Virus record (IMG/VR): IMGVR_UViG_2850778813_000007
Reading direction: 5' to 3' (one strand)
Length of the DNA stretch: 29,035 nt
Source of the DNA: a virus
Taxonomy: Duplodnaviria > Heunggongvirae > Uroviricota > Caudoviricetes
The position numbers were made by a program, and so were the translations under genes. Of this stretch, positions 15,778-25,547 are shown piece by piece. A model generated the notes under the pieces. The model saw nothing but the letters and a program-made list of their open reading frames with translations, searched no databases and had not been told where the DNA came from. Each line of letters opens with the position of its first letter. Positions within the stretch are counted from its first letter, which is position 1.

Positions 15778-16485
15778 TCACCGCTGCCAACCAATAACCT
15801 GAAATAACCCCATTTTCGGGTGATACCAGCGAGTCCCTCGCGGTTCTGCTTCCTCCATAACCCGATAAAAAGCAGCCATAAACGGTTCCACAGCAACAAT
15901 TGCGCGACGTGGCAACAATCTGTCCGGCGTCATGAACTCATGGGTGTCTGTAGGAATTTGATAGGCGTTCACCAGATTGCGGCATTTATCATCTGACAAA
16001 CCGGTTTTTGCTTTCAGTTGGCGATATCCGGCATAGCCCTCACGAATAGTGCCCTTTTTAATTTGCTCGACTGTTTCAGCAACGTGGCTGACTTTTTCTT
16101 CCACCTGAGTGATCCGTTTCTGTTGGCGAACGGCTTCAAGAGCCATCGCGGCAACCATTTCGATTTCGCTCATTGGCTTACGGATCTGTTCTTCCAGTTC
16201 GCGCCAGCGATCTACCAGGCGAGCTGTGAATTCAGGACAGAGCTGTGCGACGACAATGATGCTGTCGCGCTTACCTCGTTCACCTTCGAATACATACGCG
16301 CTAGAAAATCGGCGAGGCCCAAGTGATTGTTTATTCTCAATTTCCACAGTCTGTGGAAATTGGATGATTCCCTTTTTAGCCAGTGTTTCAATAGTTCTCT
16401 TAACACTATCTGGTCGGCTTCCCACCAGCTCTGCGATCTCAACGCTGGTCATGGATGCTTTGCCGTTAAAAATTGCGGTGTTCAT
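15778..16485 (-). CDS. Phage regulatory protein with N-terminal HTH-type domain (Rha/ORF6N-like) and helical C-terminus
   Basis: 235-aa ORF; MTSVEIAELVGSRPDSVKRTIETLAKKGII N-terminal motif; RBS AGGAGA; ATGA overlap with the upstream Cro-like gene. Confidence 0.5.
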   Translation of the reverse strand: MNTAIFNGKASMTSVEIAELVGSRPDSVKRTIETLAKKGIIQFPQTVEIENKQSLGPRRFSSAYVFEGERGKRDSIIVVAQLCPEFTARLVDRWRELEEQIRKPMSEIEMVAAMALEAVRQQKRITQVEEKVSHVAETVEQIKKGTIREGYAGYRQLKAKTGLSDDKCRNLVNAYQIPTDTHEFMTPDRLLPRRAIVAVEPFMAAFYRVMEEAEPRGTRWYHPKMGLFQVIGWQR

Positions 16486-16709
16486 TGTTGGTCTCCTGTG
16501 GGCTTGTCATCTTCTGTATTCGCTAGCCTTGGGTGTGTATATGGAATGCTCGGATCCAGATGACAAAGAATGGCAACATCCTCCGGAACACCTCGCGTTT
16601 TCCACTTTCCAACACCTTGACTGCCACGAGGCCTTCCTTTCTTTGGGAACCTGCGACCAATAGCGGCATTGGTTTTAAATTGAATTTTTAATATTTCATA
16701 AAGGGTCAT
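16482..16709 (-). CDS. Cro-like small protein (diverged YdaS/Cro-type), first gene of the rightward early operon
   Basis: 75-aa ORF divergent from cI; C-terminal WKTRGVPEDVAILCHLDPSIPYTHP resembles the YdaS/Cro-type ..GRVP....IE..T.G.V.R.DLRPDIYP pattern, but the expected HTH segment is not evident. Confidence 0.4.
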   Translation of the reverse strand: MTLYEILKIQFKTNAAIGRRFPKKGRPRGSQGVGKWKTRGVPEDVAILCHLDPSIPYTHPRLANTEDDKPTGDQQ

Positions 16710-16820
16710 TCTTTAGTCTCACACCAGATACTTTGTTATTCAACGATGTTAACCGCGAGATTCCAAAGTATCAAGAAATTCTGTTACTTTCGTATCAACA
16801 GCCATGAGAGGAGAAGAAAA
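16710..16820. promoter_or_regulatory. Divergent promoter/operator region between the Cro-like gene and cI
   Basis: 111-bp AT-rich intergenic region between divergent starts; repeated TATCAA and GTTA motifs; operators not resolved by eye. Confidence 0.4.
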
Positions 16821-17477
16821 ATGAAGTCTTTAGGTGAACGTCTCATCAACGCACGGCAAAAAGCTGGGTTAACACAAGATGCGTTGGCTAAAAAAGCTGG
16901 GATCACCAGAGTTGCAATCAGTAAAGCCGAGCAAGGCCTTACAAAAAGTTTCAACGGTGACACCCTTTTTAAAGTTGCAGCTGCACTGCGGTGTTCACCG
17001 CAGTGGCTTCAGAACGGAGATGAAAAAGATAAGCATTGGGAAAATAATGTTAAGAGCTGCCCACAGAGAGACACAGCACACTCTTACCCTGTAATTAACT
17101 GGGTTCAGGCAGGATTATTCGCAACTTCTGGTGATGACTACAACATGTATGATCAGGATAATTGGAGGCATTCTGTAAAATACGCTGGTGAGAGGGGGTT
17201 CTGGCTGGAAGTGCACGGAGACTCAATGACTTCGCCCGTAGGAATAACATTTCCTGAAGGAATGTCGATCCTTGTCAACCCAGATAAAGAAGTTTTTTCA
17301 GGGTGTTACGTCATCGCCAGAAAAAAATCCACCAATGAAGCAACATTCAAAAAATATATTTCTGACATGGGAAAGGCGTTTCTAAAGCCCCTTAATCCAC
17401 AATATCCAATCATAGAAATGGACAATGATTGCGAAATAGTAGGTGTTGTGGTTGATGCCAGGTGGGATATTTTCTGA
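16821..17477 (+). CDS. cI: CI-type prophage repressor (HTH_XRE N-terminal domain plus S24/LexA-like autopeptidase domain)
   Basis: ORF track 16746..17477; ATG at 16821 preceded by GAGAGGAG; QKAGLTQDALAKKAGITRVAIS HTH; LEVHGDSM serine motif and a downstream Lys. Confidence 0.8.
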   Translation: MKSLGERLINARQKAGLTQDALAKKAGITRVAISKAEQGLTKSFNGDTLFKVAAALRCSPQWLQNGDEKDKHWENNVKSCPQRDTAHSYPVINWVQAGLFATSGDDYNMYDQDNWRHSVKYAGERGFWLEVHGDSMTSPVGITFPEGMSILVNPDKEVFSGCYVIARKKSTNEATFKKYISDMGKAFLKPLNPQYPIIEMDNDCEIVGVVVDARWDIF

Positions 17478-17579
17478 CCAGACACAAAACACAAAAAGAA
17501 ACCAAAGTATCAAAATCACTTGCCACACCTTGACACCTTAGTTACCATAAAACAAAGTTCGTAACTGAGGTATCATCTC

Positions 17580-18083
17580 ATGATCAATAAAGCTACAACT
17601 CTTGACTGTCTCGAAGAACTGAAAAACCTCGGCAGCCTCATTACACTAATAGCAAAAGCAACACCTGATGCTACACTCTCTAGCGATATAGAGTCATGCG
17701 CAGGACTGGCATGGGATATGACAAATAGCATATCCAGAAAGCTATCGTCAGCAATGCTTTTACAGAACAAAAATTCTGCAATCAACAACCGTCTTCGCAC
17801 CCAACGCGAAGCCTGCGGCTTAACAACCGCCGAACTCGCCAGGCTGCTCGATCTCGATGAAGAAATTATCATCCAGTGGGAGAGCGGAGAGTATGAACCA
17901 ACTATCAGTATGCTTATCCCACTGGCAAATATTCTTGGCTGCGATCCGATGTGGCTGTTAACTGGTGAGGTTACTCCTCCGGAGCAACCAAAAAGTGAGG
18001 AGCAGCAACACCATGACGCATCTCAACAAGTTTGCCCCTTATCTCGCGAAGCTCTTCTGCGGAAGAACCAATACCAATGGTGA
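17580..18083 (+). CDS. XRE-family HTH protein with an unknown 60-aa N-terminal domain
   Basis: 167-aa ORF; central HTH_XRE segment (RLRTQREACGLTTAELARLLDLDEEIIIQWESGEYEPTISMLIPLANILGCDPMWLLTG); the C-terminal 40 aa are low complexity and overlap a convergent ORF. Confidence 0.5.
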   Translation: MINKATTLDCLEELKNLGSLITLIAKATPDATLSSDIESCAGLAWDMTNSISRKLSSAMLLQNKNSAINNRLRTQREACGLTTAELARLLDLDEEIIIQWESGEYEPTISMLIPLANILGCDPMWLLTGEVTPPEQPKSEEQQHHDASQQVCPLSREALLRKNQYQW

Positions 18084-18231
18084 CATAATCGCCGCTTCGC
18101 CCTTCAAGGTACATGCGAACATTTTTATCAATCATTGCGGAAACAGTCTCAATATGAAAACACTTCTGAGACTCGCTATATAGCAGAACATATAAGTCAG
18201 CTGAGGAAGCCATGAAAAAGTTCGAAAACAT
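17971..18231 (-). CDS. Hypothetical 86-aa protein (overlaps neighbours on both sides; uncertain)
   Basis: ATG at 18231 preceded by GGAGAA with 5-nt spacer; overlaps the 3' end of the XRE ORF by 113 nt and the start of the 121-aa ORF by 20 nt. Confidence 0.3.
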   Translation of the reverse strand: MFSNFFMASSADLYVLLYSESQKCFHIETVSAMIDKNVRMYLEGRSGDYVTIGIGSSAEELREIRGKLVEMRHGVAAPHFLVAPEE

Positions 18232-18577
18232 AACTGTTCTCCATGTTGATGACTTTGATTATACAAACCCGGAACTTCTCCCGGAGGTTGTAAAGGCAAT
18301 AGATGTTGCCGATATAGTGATTAGAGAAAAGAGAATTGTCAAAAACAGGCTCGCATGCACTTCAGGAGCAATGACAGAAACAACCTCACAGCAAGATAAT
18401 TACGAAGGCATTTGTCTGGAGCCTGATTCATTTGCGGTAAATGTTTATCATTTATTGCATGCAACACAGGTATTACATATGTCCAGTAATCACGAAACGA
18501 AAACACTCGGCAGCGAAATTCTGAGTTTTGCATGTGAGTATACAAAAGCTGCTGCCGAAAAAGAATTAGCGCAATAA
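18212..18577 (+). CDS. Hypothetical 121-aa protein in the cI-proximal accessory region
   Basis: ORF track; ATG preceded by GAGGAAG with 5-nt spacer; no recognisable family. Confidence 0.4.
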   Translation: MKKFENITVLHVDDFDYTNPELLPEVVKAIDVADIVIREKRIVKNRLACTSGAMTETTSQQDNYEGICLEPDSFAVNVYHLLHATQVLHMSSNHETKTLGSEILSFACEYTKAAAEKELAQ

Positions 18578-18704
18578 CAACAAATATGCCCTGAACGTTT
18601 ATTGCGGTTTTATCGCCGGGGATTGTTACAACCTTAATCCGCAGGAGGCTTTATTGTGACTTTTATAAAGAATATGGCATCACACAAGACCGCTGGATTT
18701 GCCC

Positions 18705-19610
18705 CTATATTTCCAGACATCTGTTATCACTTAACCCATTACAAGCCCGCTGCCGCAGATATTCCCGTGGCGAGCGATAACCCAGCGCACTATGCGGATG
18801 CCATTCGTTATAATGCTCGAACGCCTCTGCAAGGTTCTTTGCTGCCGTTAACCCGTCTGGTTTGGGCATGATACTGATGTAGTCACGCTTTATCGTTTTC
18901 ACGAAGCTCTCTGCTATTCCGTTACTCTCCGGACTCCGCACCGCCGTGTTCTTCGGTTCAAGTCCCAACATCCGGGCGAACTGGCGTGTTTCATTAGCCC
19001 GGTAGCATGAACCATTATCCGTCAGCCACTCCACTGGAGACGACGGAAGATCGTTGCCGAAGCGGCGTTCCACCGCTCCCAGCATGACGTCCTGTACTGT
19101 TTCACTGTTGAAGCCGCCGGTAGTCACCGCCCAGTGCAGTGCCTCACGATCACAGCAGTCCAGCGCGAACGTGACACGCAGTCTCTCTCCGTTATCACAG
19201 CAGAACTCGAACCCGTCAGAGCACCATCGCTGATTGCTTTCTTTCACGGCCACTCTGCCTGTATGTGCCCGTTTCGATGGTGGTACAGCAGGTTTTCGCT
19301 CAAGCAACAGGGCATTCTGGCGCATGATCCGGTAAACACGTTTGGCATTGATCGCAGGCATACCATCAAGTTCTGCCTGTCTGCGAAGCAGCGCCCATAC
19401 CCGACGATAACCATACGTGGGCAGCTCTCCGATAACATGGTGTATACGGAGAAGCACATCCGTATCATCAGTGTGACGACTGCGGCGGCCATCCATCCAG
19501 TCATCGGTTCGTCTGAGAATGACGTGCAACTGCGCACGCGACACCCGGAGACAACGGCTGACTAAGCTTACTCCCCATCCCCGGGTAATAAGGGCGCGTG
19601 CGCTATCCAC
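18705..19610 (-). CDS. insD: IS2 transposase OrfB (InsD)
   Basis: 301-aa ORF matching IS2 InsD (DDE integrase-type domain). Confidence 0.9.
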
Positions 19611-19933
19611 TTTTTTGCCCGTCCATATTCAACGGCTTCTTTGAGGAGTTCATTTTCCATCGTTTTCTTGCCGAGCAGGCGCTGGAGTTCTTTAATCTGC
19701 TTCATGGCGGCAGCAAGTTCAGAGGCAGGAACAACCTGTTCTCCGGCGGCCACAGCAGTAAGACTTCCTTCCTGGTATTGCTTACGCCAGAGAAATAACT
19801 GGCTGGCTGCTACACCATGTTGCCGGGCAACGAGGGAGACCGTCATCCCCGGTTCAAAGCTCTGCTGAACAATTGCGATCTTTTCCTGTGTGGTACGCCG
19901 TCTGCGTTTCTCCGGCCCTAAGACATCAATCAT
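19568..19933 (-). CDS. insC: IS2 OrfA (InsC)
   Basis: ORF track 19568..19978; internal Met gives the 121-aa InsC ([26 protein letters not shown]...). Confidence 0.85.
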
Positions 19934-20107
19934 CTGTACTCCAATGACTAGTCTAAAAACTAGTATTAAGACTATCACTTATTTAAGTGATACTGGTTGT
20001 CTGGAGATTCAGGGGGCCAGTCTAACCGCCTGCCTTATTGCACAATACGGTGAAAATTACATGCATATTGCCTGCTTATTTCTGCGTAAAGCATACGGGA
20101 GATAATA

Positions 20108-20308
20108 ATGCATCAGAAAACAGCAGAACACGAACAAACCAGAATATTGCTGACCATCAAAAACGGGAAAGTAATATTCATTCGCCATGTTCATGACGAT
20201 GAACTTGTAGGAACTCTTTCAACATTCCTGTTTATTGCAGAAAAGGCAGGATATGACGTTATTGCACCAGCAGATGAAGATGAAGATGAAGATGAAGATG
20301 AGGAATAA
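20108..20308 (+). CDS. Hypothetical 66-aa protein with poly-acidic C-terminal tail (DEDEDEDEDEE)
   Basis: ORF track; RBS GGGAG with 6-nt spacer; first intact gene after the IS2 insertion. Confidence 0.5.
   Translation: MHQKTAEHEQTRILLTIKNGKVIFIRHVHDDELVGTLSTFLFIAEKAGYDVIAPADEDEDEDEDEE
20273..20302 (+). repeat. Hexanucleotide microsatellite (GATGAA)x4 plus GATGAG encoding the acidic tail
   Basis: Direct tandem repeat read from the sequence, in frame within the 66-aa ORF. Confidence 0.7.
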
Positions 20309-20313
20309 ATATC

Positions 20314-20895
20314 ATGCAATACGATGAATTCCAGGCTGAAGCAACAGCCAATGGTATACGAACTGGCAGTATGACGATTGATTATCACGACGCCATACGT
20401 CGTCTGGATGCCGGAGAATTCGATACTCCTAATGTGCGAGGTTTACGTATCCTTCAGTGTCTGGCGCAAGCCGACGAAGCAGGATTACTGGGTAAACTTC
20501 CGGTTGAGATGAAGGTTGCTCAGTGGCGATGGTTGTATGTGACGACATTCATCAACGAAGAAGAAGACAAGAACGGCACAATTGATATCCTGAATGAACA
20601 CGGAACAACTGAACACGCCGTGGTATATAACGGGATGTATGGGTTTATGACGATATATCCCGGCCCCATTCGATTTGCCTTACAACAGTATATTGAATGG
20701 AATTTAATTCAAAAATACGGCGAAGCTGAAGGAATGGGAAGAGCGCTGTTTCTTTATCAGAAAATGCTCACTACTTCCCCTGATAAAGGTTTCATTCTTT
20801 CAGATATGGGTCGAGAAGGGCTTGAAATCCTTCTGGATGAAATTATTAACGAAATGAATACTCATGGCATGCAATCCGAAACAGATATTAAGTAA
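20314..20895 (+). CDS. Hypothetical 193-aa protein (early-left operon)
   Basis: ORF track; starts 5 nt after the acidic-tail gene; no recognisable family. Confidence 0.5.
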   Translation: MQYDEFQAEATANGIRTGSMTIDYHDAIRRLDAGEFDTPNVRGLRILQCLAQADEAGLLGKLPVEMKVAQWRWLYVTTFINEEEDKNGTIDILNEHGTTEHAVVYNGMYGFMTIYPGPIRFALQQYIEWNLIQKYGEAEGMGRALFLYQKMLTTSPDKGFILSDMGREGLEILLDEIINEMNTHGMQSETDIK

Positions 20896-20905
20896 AAGGG
20901 ACCAC

Positions 20906-21154
20906 ATGACCGTTATCGAGTATATCCAGGAAAATCCAGATTGCAGTAGAGAAGATATATCCCTCGCACTTGGAAGAAGCGCAACTTCTATCAGTAATAA
21001 ATTATCACGGTTATTGTGGAATGGGTTAATAGTACGAACTGGAGAAAAAAACAAAATGATTCTGTACTGCGTAAACAATCTGCCGTTTGGATACAGCAAT
21101 CCCCTAAGTGTTATGTTCAACCAGTTACTTAAACAGGTAAGAAATGGCAACTGA
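20906..21154 (+). CDS. Hypothetical 82-aa protein (possible winged-helix DNA-binding)
   Basis: ORF track 20864..21154; internal ATG at 20906 preceded by AAGGGA; segment DISLALGRSATSISNKLSRLLWNGLIVR looks HTH-like. Confidence 0.4.
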   Translation: MTVIEYIQENPDCSREDISLALGRSATSISNKLSRLLWNGLIVRTGEKNKMILYCVNNLPFGYSNPLSVMFNQLLKQVRNGN

Positions 21155-21461
21155 CTCACAACTAACCATAGAAACGGCCCTGAATGTCGGCCTGGCGCTC
21201 CTTGGTTATTTTTACATCGTGTTCTGCAGCGGACGGTGGCTGTCGCTGTTGTTCCTGAAAAAATGGAATAAACGCCGTAAGCAGGATGAACGCCAGAAGG
21301 CAATGAATGCGTTTTCCGAAGCCTTCGGAATTGACGGCATGGAACCAGGGGATCCAGCTCGCGCAATCAGCAGAGGGGGTGTAGTAATCCTTGTATATCG
21401 GAGTGAAGAGAAAAATGACGATCACAAAACAACGAGTAGAAAAAATCATATATCGCCATGA
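21144..21461 (+). CDS. Hypothetical 105-aa protein with one predicted TM helix
   Basis: ORF track; hydrophobic LNVGLALLGYFYIVFCSGRWLSLLFL followed by a basic region. Confidence 0.35.
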   Translation: MATDSQLTIETALNVGLALLGYFYIVFCSGRWLSLLFLKKWNKRRKQDERQKAMNAFSEAFGIDGMEPGDPARAISRGGVVILVYRSEEKNDDHKTTSRKNHISP

Positions 21462-21729
21462 AATGGGACTGAACAGCGATGTCACTGCCGAAGAGGTTTA
21501 TGACCTGGCTGTACTGGCGCTGAATTTATCAAATATCGCAAACCTGAAGCGATACGAGCTTGATATGGATGGTTGCGACTCGTGCGGTCAGGATTGTGGC
21601 GCAGATATGACTGAAGATCCTGATGGTGATTATGTCCTGTTTGATGACGTGGTTAAGTTGTTTGAATTTGATACAACCACTCAAAAGTTAGAAATCCCGG
21701 CAAAGGAGGCTGCCAGTGAGCAAGATTGA
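21415..21729 (+). CDS. Hypothetical 104-aa acidic protein with CxxC..C cluster
   Basis: ORF track 21391..21729; internal ATG at 21415; DMDGCDSCGQDCGADMTEDPDGDY motif. Confidence 0.35.
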   Translation: MTITKQRVEKIIYRHEMGLNSDVTAEEVYDLAVLALNLSNIANLKRYELDMDGCDSCGQDCGADMTEDPDGDYVLFDDVVKLFEFDTTTQKLEIPAKEAASEQD

Positions 21730-22396
21730 CTATCAGGCACTGCGCGAGGCGGCGGAACAGGCAACGCAAGATGAATGGGTAGCATATATTTTGCCGGGTC
21801 ATAACGGCATTTATCCTGCGCGCACGTCTGAGGGTAGGCATTGCGGATACTTTATTGACTGGCCTGGCGTCTGTCAGGGGCGGGAGAGCATCAGCATCAG
21901 AACCTACGCAGTGAATTGCAATGACGCATGGCTAAACACCGAAGGTGATGACATCTCCGGCTCATACGTTAAGTACAAAGACCATCAGGAAGTGGTTGCC
22001 GCTCTTGAAGCCAAGTGCGCGGCGCTGGCAGCGGAGAATGCGGGAATAAAGTCTGCAATTCCAGAATCACGGGATATTGAGGATGACAATGACAATATGG
22101 ATGACGTATCTCTCGCGGAAGACTTCGGGTTCAATCATGCAATAGAACGGATGAGGAGACAGATACCTGAAACGCCAACCACTGATGCTTTCCTGGCTGA
22201 AGTCCGGGCGCAGGGGGTGGATGCTGCTATAGAAGCTGCAAAAAATCTGGTGGCCCAAGAATATGAGTGTAAGGATTTCAAAGCGGCGCAGAGTGATTGC
22301 TGTATGCACCCTAGTTCAGACCTGGTAGGGAAGGTTGAAATGACTGAGTGGTTAGTTGACTTTGCTGCCCAGCTTCGCAAAGGAGGCAATCAGTGA
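21716..22396 (+). CDS. Ea22-like early-left protein
   Basis: GTG start preceded by AAGGAGG; N-terminus MSKIDYQALREAAEQATQDEW, which I recall as typical of the Ead/Ea22-like family. Confidence 0.55.
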   Translation: MSKIDYQALREAAEQATQDEWVAYILPGHNGIYPARTSEGRHCGYFIDWPGVCQGRESISIRTYAVNCNDAWLNTEGDDISGSYVKYKDHQEVVAALEAKCAALAAENAGIKSAIPESRDIEDDNDNMDDVSLAEDFGFNHAIERMRRQIPETPTTDAFLAEVRAQGVDAAIEAAKNLVAQEYECKDFKAAQSDCCMHPSSDLVGKVEMTEWLVDFAAQLRKGGNQ

Positions 22397-22929
22397 GCGA
22401 AATTAATTACCAGGCACTGCGTGAGGTGGCGGAACGTGCAATTCCAGCAATGGAACGCCTGTTAATGTTGCCAGTTGATGATGATTTGTTAAGTGAACAG
22501 GAACTTAAAGATTACGGTGTGGATATTGATGCGCTCAATGCCTTCAAATTTCTGACCGGACCAGAAACCGTGCTGGCACTACTGGATGAACGGGAAAGAA
22601 ACCAGCAATACATCAAACGCCGCGACCAGGAGAACGAGGATATTGCGCTTACGGTTGGGAAGCTGCGCGTTGAGCTTGAAGCAGCAAAATCAAAACTCAA
22701 CGAGCAGCGCGAGTATTACGAGGGAGTTATCTCTGATGGGTGCAAGCGTATTGCTGAACTGGAAGCGCGGGAAGTTCAATTACCGACTCGCTACGACCTT
22801 CGATATGGACACCCGATAAATGCATATGAGCGACAAGTCATGATACCTAAAGAAAATGGCAGTTGGCTTTACCTGATTGACCTAGAACACGCATTACGCG
22901 TCGCTGACATTCGCATCAAAGGAGAGTGA
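22393..22929 (+). CDS. Ea22-like paralog with coiled-coil region
   Basis: GTG start with the same AAGGAGG RBS; N-terminus MSEINYQALREVAERA paralogous to the preceding gene; 4-nt overlap. Confidence 0.55.
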   Translation: MSEINYQALREVAERAIPAMERLLMLPVDDDLLSEQELKDYGVDIDALNAFKFLTGPETVLALLDERERNQQYIKRRDQENEDIALTVGKLRVELEAAKSKLNEQREYYEGVISDGCKRIAELEAREVQLPTRYDLRYGHPINAYERQVMIPKENGSWLYLIDLEHALRVADIRIKGE

Positions 22930-22930
22930 T

Positions 22931-23230
22931 ATGGCGTTAACACACCACGAACTCTGTCAGATTGCGTACAAGTTCCTTAAGCGCAACGGGTTCAAGGTTT
23001 GCTTTCATGACCGCTTTGTTACTGTAACCAGTACCGGAGAACAGCCAGATGCTATGGGATTCAGAAATTCAGCATCATGCCTGATAGAGGCGAAGTGTTC
23101 TCGTGCTGACTTGTTGGCAGATAGAAAAAAGCGTTTCCGTAAAAATCCCTCACTTGGCATGGGCGACTGGCGATTCTTTATTAGTGAGCCGGAAATTATT
23201 TCAGTTGAGGATTTACCTCCCGGCTGGGGA
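22931..23230 (+). pseudogene. 5' part of a PD-(D/E)xK-motif nuclease-like gene split by the IS911-like insertion
   Basis: 100-aa ORF whose stop codon is supplied by the first TGA of the IS; QPDAMGF...CLIEAKCS resembles a PD-(D/E)xK motif; frame resumes after the IS at 24388. Confidence 0.5.
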
Positions 23231-23302
23231 TGAAGTGGCACACTGAATTTGGCCACCTGAACAGAGGTGATATGCTCACCTCAGAACAACACAGGTGCTC
23301 CA

Positions 23303-24384
<1,082 letters not shown>

Positions 24385-24387
24385 TCA

Positions 24388-24606
24388 GGATTACTTCACG
24401 TTGTTAACGGAAGAGTACGGAAAGTACATGGATGGCCCAGGGGTAATTGCTGTTGGGGTAATCCTGACGATAAGCCATTTACCGGGAATAAGCAGGTTGA
24501 ATGCGATTACATGTTATCTGCATTAAGGCGCATGGAGTTGAGAGGGCACCTTAATGAAATATATGACGGTGTGATTGTTAATAAGAAAGAAGGAAACGCG
24601 GCATGA
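24388..24606 (+). pseudogene. 3' part of the PD-(D/E)xK-like gene split by the IS911-like insertion
   Basis: After removing the IS and one GGA copy the reading frame of 22931..23230 continues (..PPGWG|LLHVVNGRVRKVHGWPRGNCCWGN...EGNAA*); shown in the ORF track as 24373..24606. Confidence 0.5.
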
Positions 24607-25547
24607 TCACTATTACCAAAGGGCGACTGCTGACAATCAAGCAGTGGCGCGAAACATACGGACCGGGTAGCAACGTTGTACTGCCAGCAGAAGAAGCGGA
24701 AGAACTGGCACGGATTGCACTGGCATCATTGGAAGCAGATCCAGTTAAACGAGTTAACTCAGATCAGATGCACCGAGTCTGCTTAGAAGCTAATCGCTAT
24801 TTAGATAAATATGACGCGATGGCGAAAGAGGTAAATAAGTTGCTTGGACGCATCGCCCCGCCAGCGCCAGTATTTAACGGCGAATACGGTGACGCATATC
24901 AGGGCGCTCGTGAAGACCTGTCCATCTGGAAACGGCGAGCGCTTGAAGCTGATGAGCACGTTCGGCGACTGGAGCAAATCAATGACCACATGGTGAAAGA
25001 GGCGCAGGGAGAATCACGCATGGGCGAGCCTGTAATACGTGAGCCAGCACCGGTAGTGCCTGAAGAAGCAACTCCGGAAAACGTAGAAATGCTCTCTGGC
25101 TATGTTTCAACGTACAAATTAACCGATAGCGAGCGCGATATTGCTGCCGAAATATGGAACGCCTGCCGCGCCGCCATGCTTCAGTCCGGAAACTTTCGGG
25201 AAAACAAGAATTCGTCAACCAATAATTTTCGGGAAATCGCGGAAACGTCAACCAACTATCCGGCAATTCCTAGTGAGGTGTTGTCCGCAATCCTGAAGGT
25301 TGCCAGGATTCGTGCCGATTTCGATGATTTTGACGGTGACAGGCGAGGTATCGGTGATTGTCTGGATGAGGCTGAGCAAGAGCTTATCGTTACCATTAAC
25401 AAATATGCCAGTCAGTTGGCAGCAGAACCTATAGCGCCTAATGACGTTCGAGAGCAGACAGCCATTCCACAAGTTCCGGTAACTCCGGATGGTTGGATAA
25501 GCTGTAGTGAGCGAATGCCGGACGACAGGCAGGAGGTGAATCAATGA
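24603..25547 (+). CDS. Hypothetical 314-aa early-left protein
   Basis: ORF track; ATGA overlap with the upstream gene stop; no recognisable family. Confidence 0.5.
   Translation: MITITKGRLLTIKQWRETYGPGSNVVLPAEEAEELARIALASLEADPVKRVNSDQMHRVCLEANRYLDKYDAMAKEVNKLLGRIAPPAPVFNGEYGDAYQGAREDLSIWKRRALEADEHVRRLEQINDHMVKEAQGESRMGEPVIREPAPVVPEEATPENVEMLSGYVSTYKLTDSERDIAAEIWNACRAAMLQSGNFRENKNSSTNNFREIAETSTNYPAIPSEVLSAILKVARIRADFDDFDGDRRGIGDCLDEAEQELIVTINKYASQLAAEPIAPNDVREQTAIPQVPVTPDGWISCSERMPDDRQEVNQ

Larger units (their letters stand above)
18694..20024 (-). mobile_element. IS2 insertion sequence (1331 bp) with 5-bp target-site duplication ACCGC
   Basis: Ends match the IS2 termini (TGGATTTGCCCCTATATTTCCAGACATC... 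/ ...GAGATTCAGGGGGCCAGTCTA); direct repeats ACCGC at 18689..18693 and 20025..20029. Confidence 0.9.

Noticed and set aside
16520-16560. Adjacent NheI (GCTAGC) and BamHI (GGATCC) sites in the Cro-like gene as a sign of cloning or engineering
   Set aside because: Both sites lie within a continuous reading frame with no vector-like flanking sequence; six-base palindromes occur by chance at this density.
16710-16820. LexA (SOS) box in the cI/Cro intergenic region
   Set aside because: A CTGT...ACAG pair is present, but the spacer is 13 nt rather than the 8 nt of a LexA box.
19890-20105. 71-aa plus-strand ORF running from inside IS2 into flanking DNA
   Set aside because: Artefact of the insertion: its C-terminal part is the 3' end of the 37-codon ORF split by IS2 and its N-terminal part is antisense IS2 sequence.
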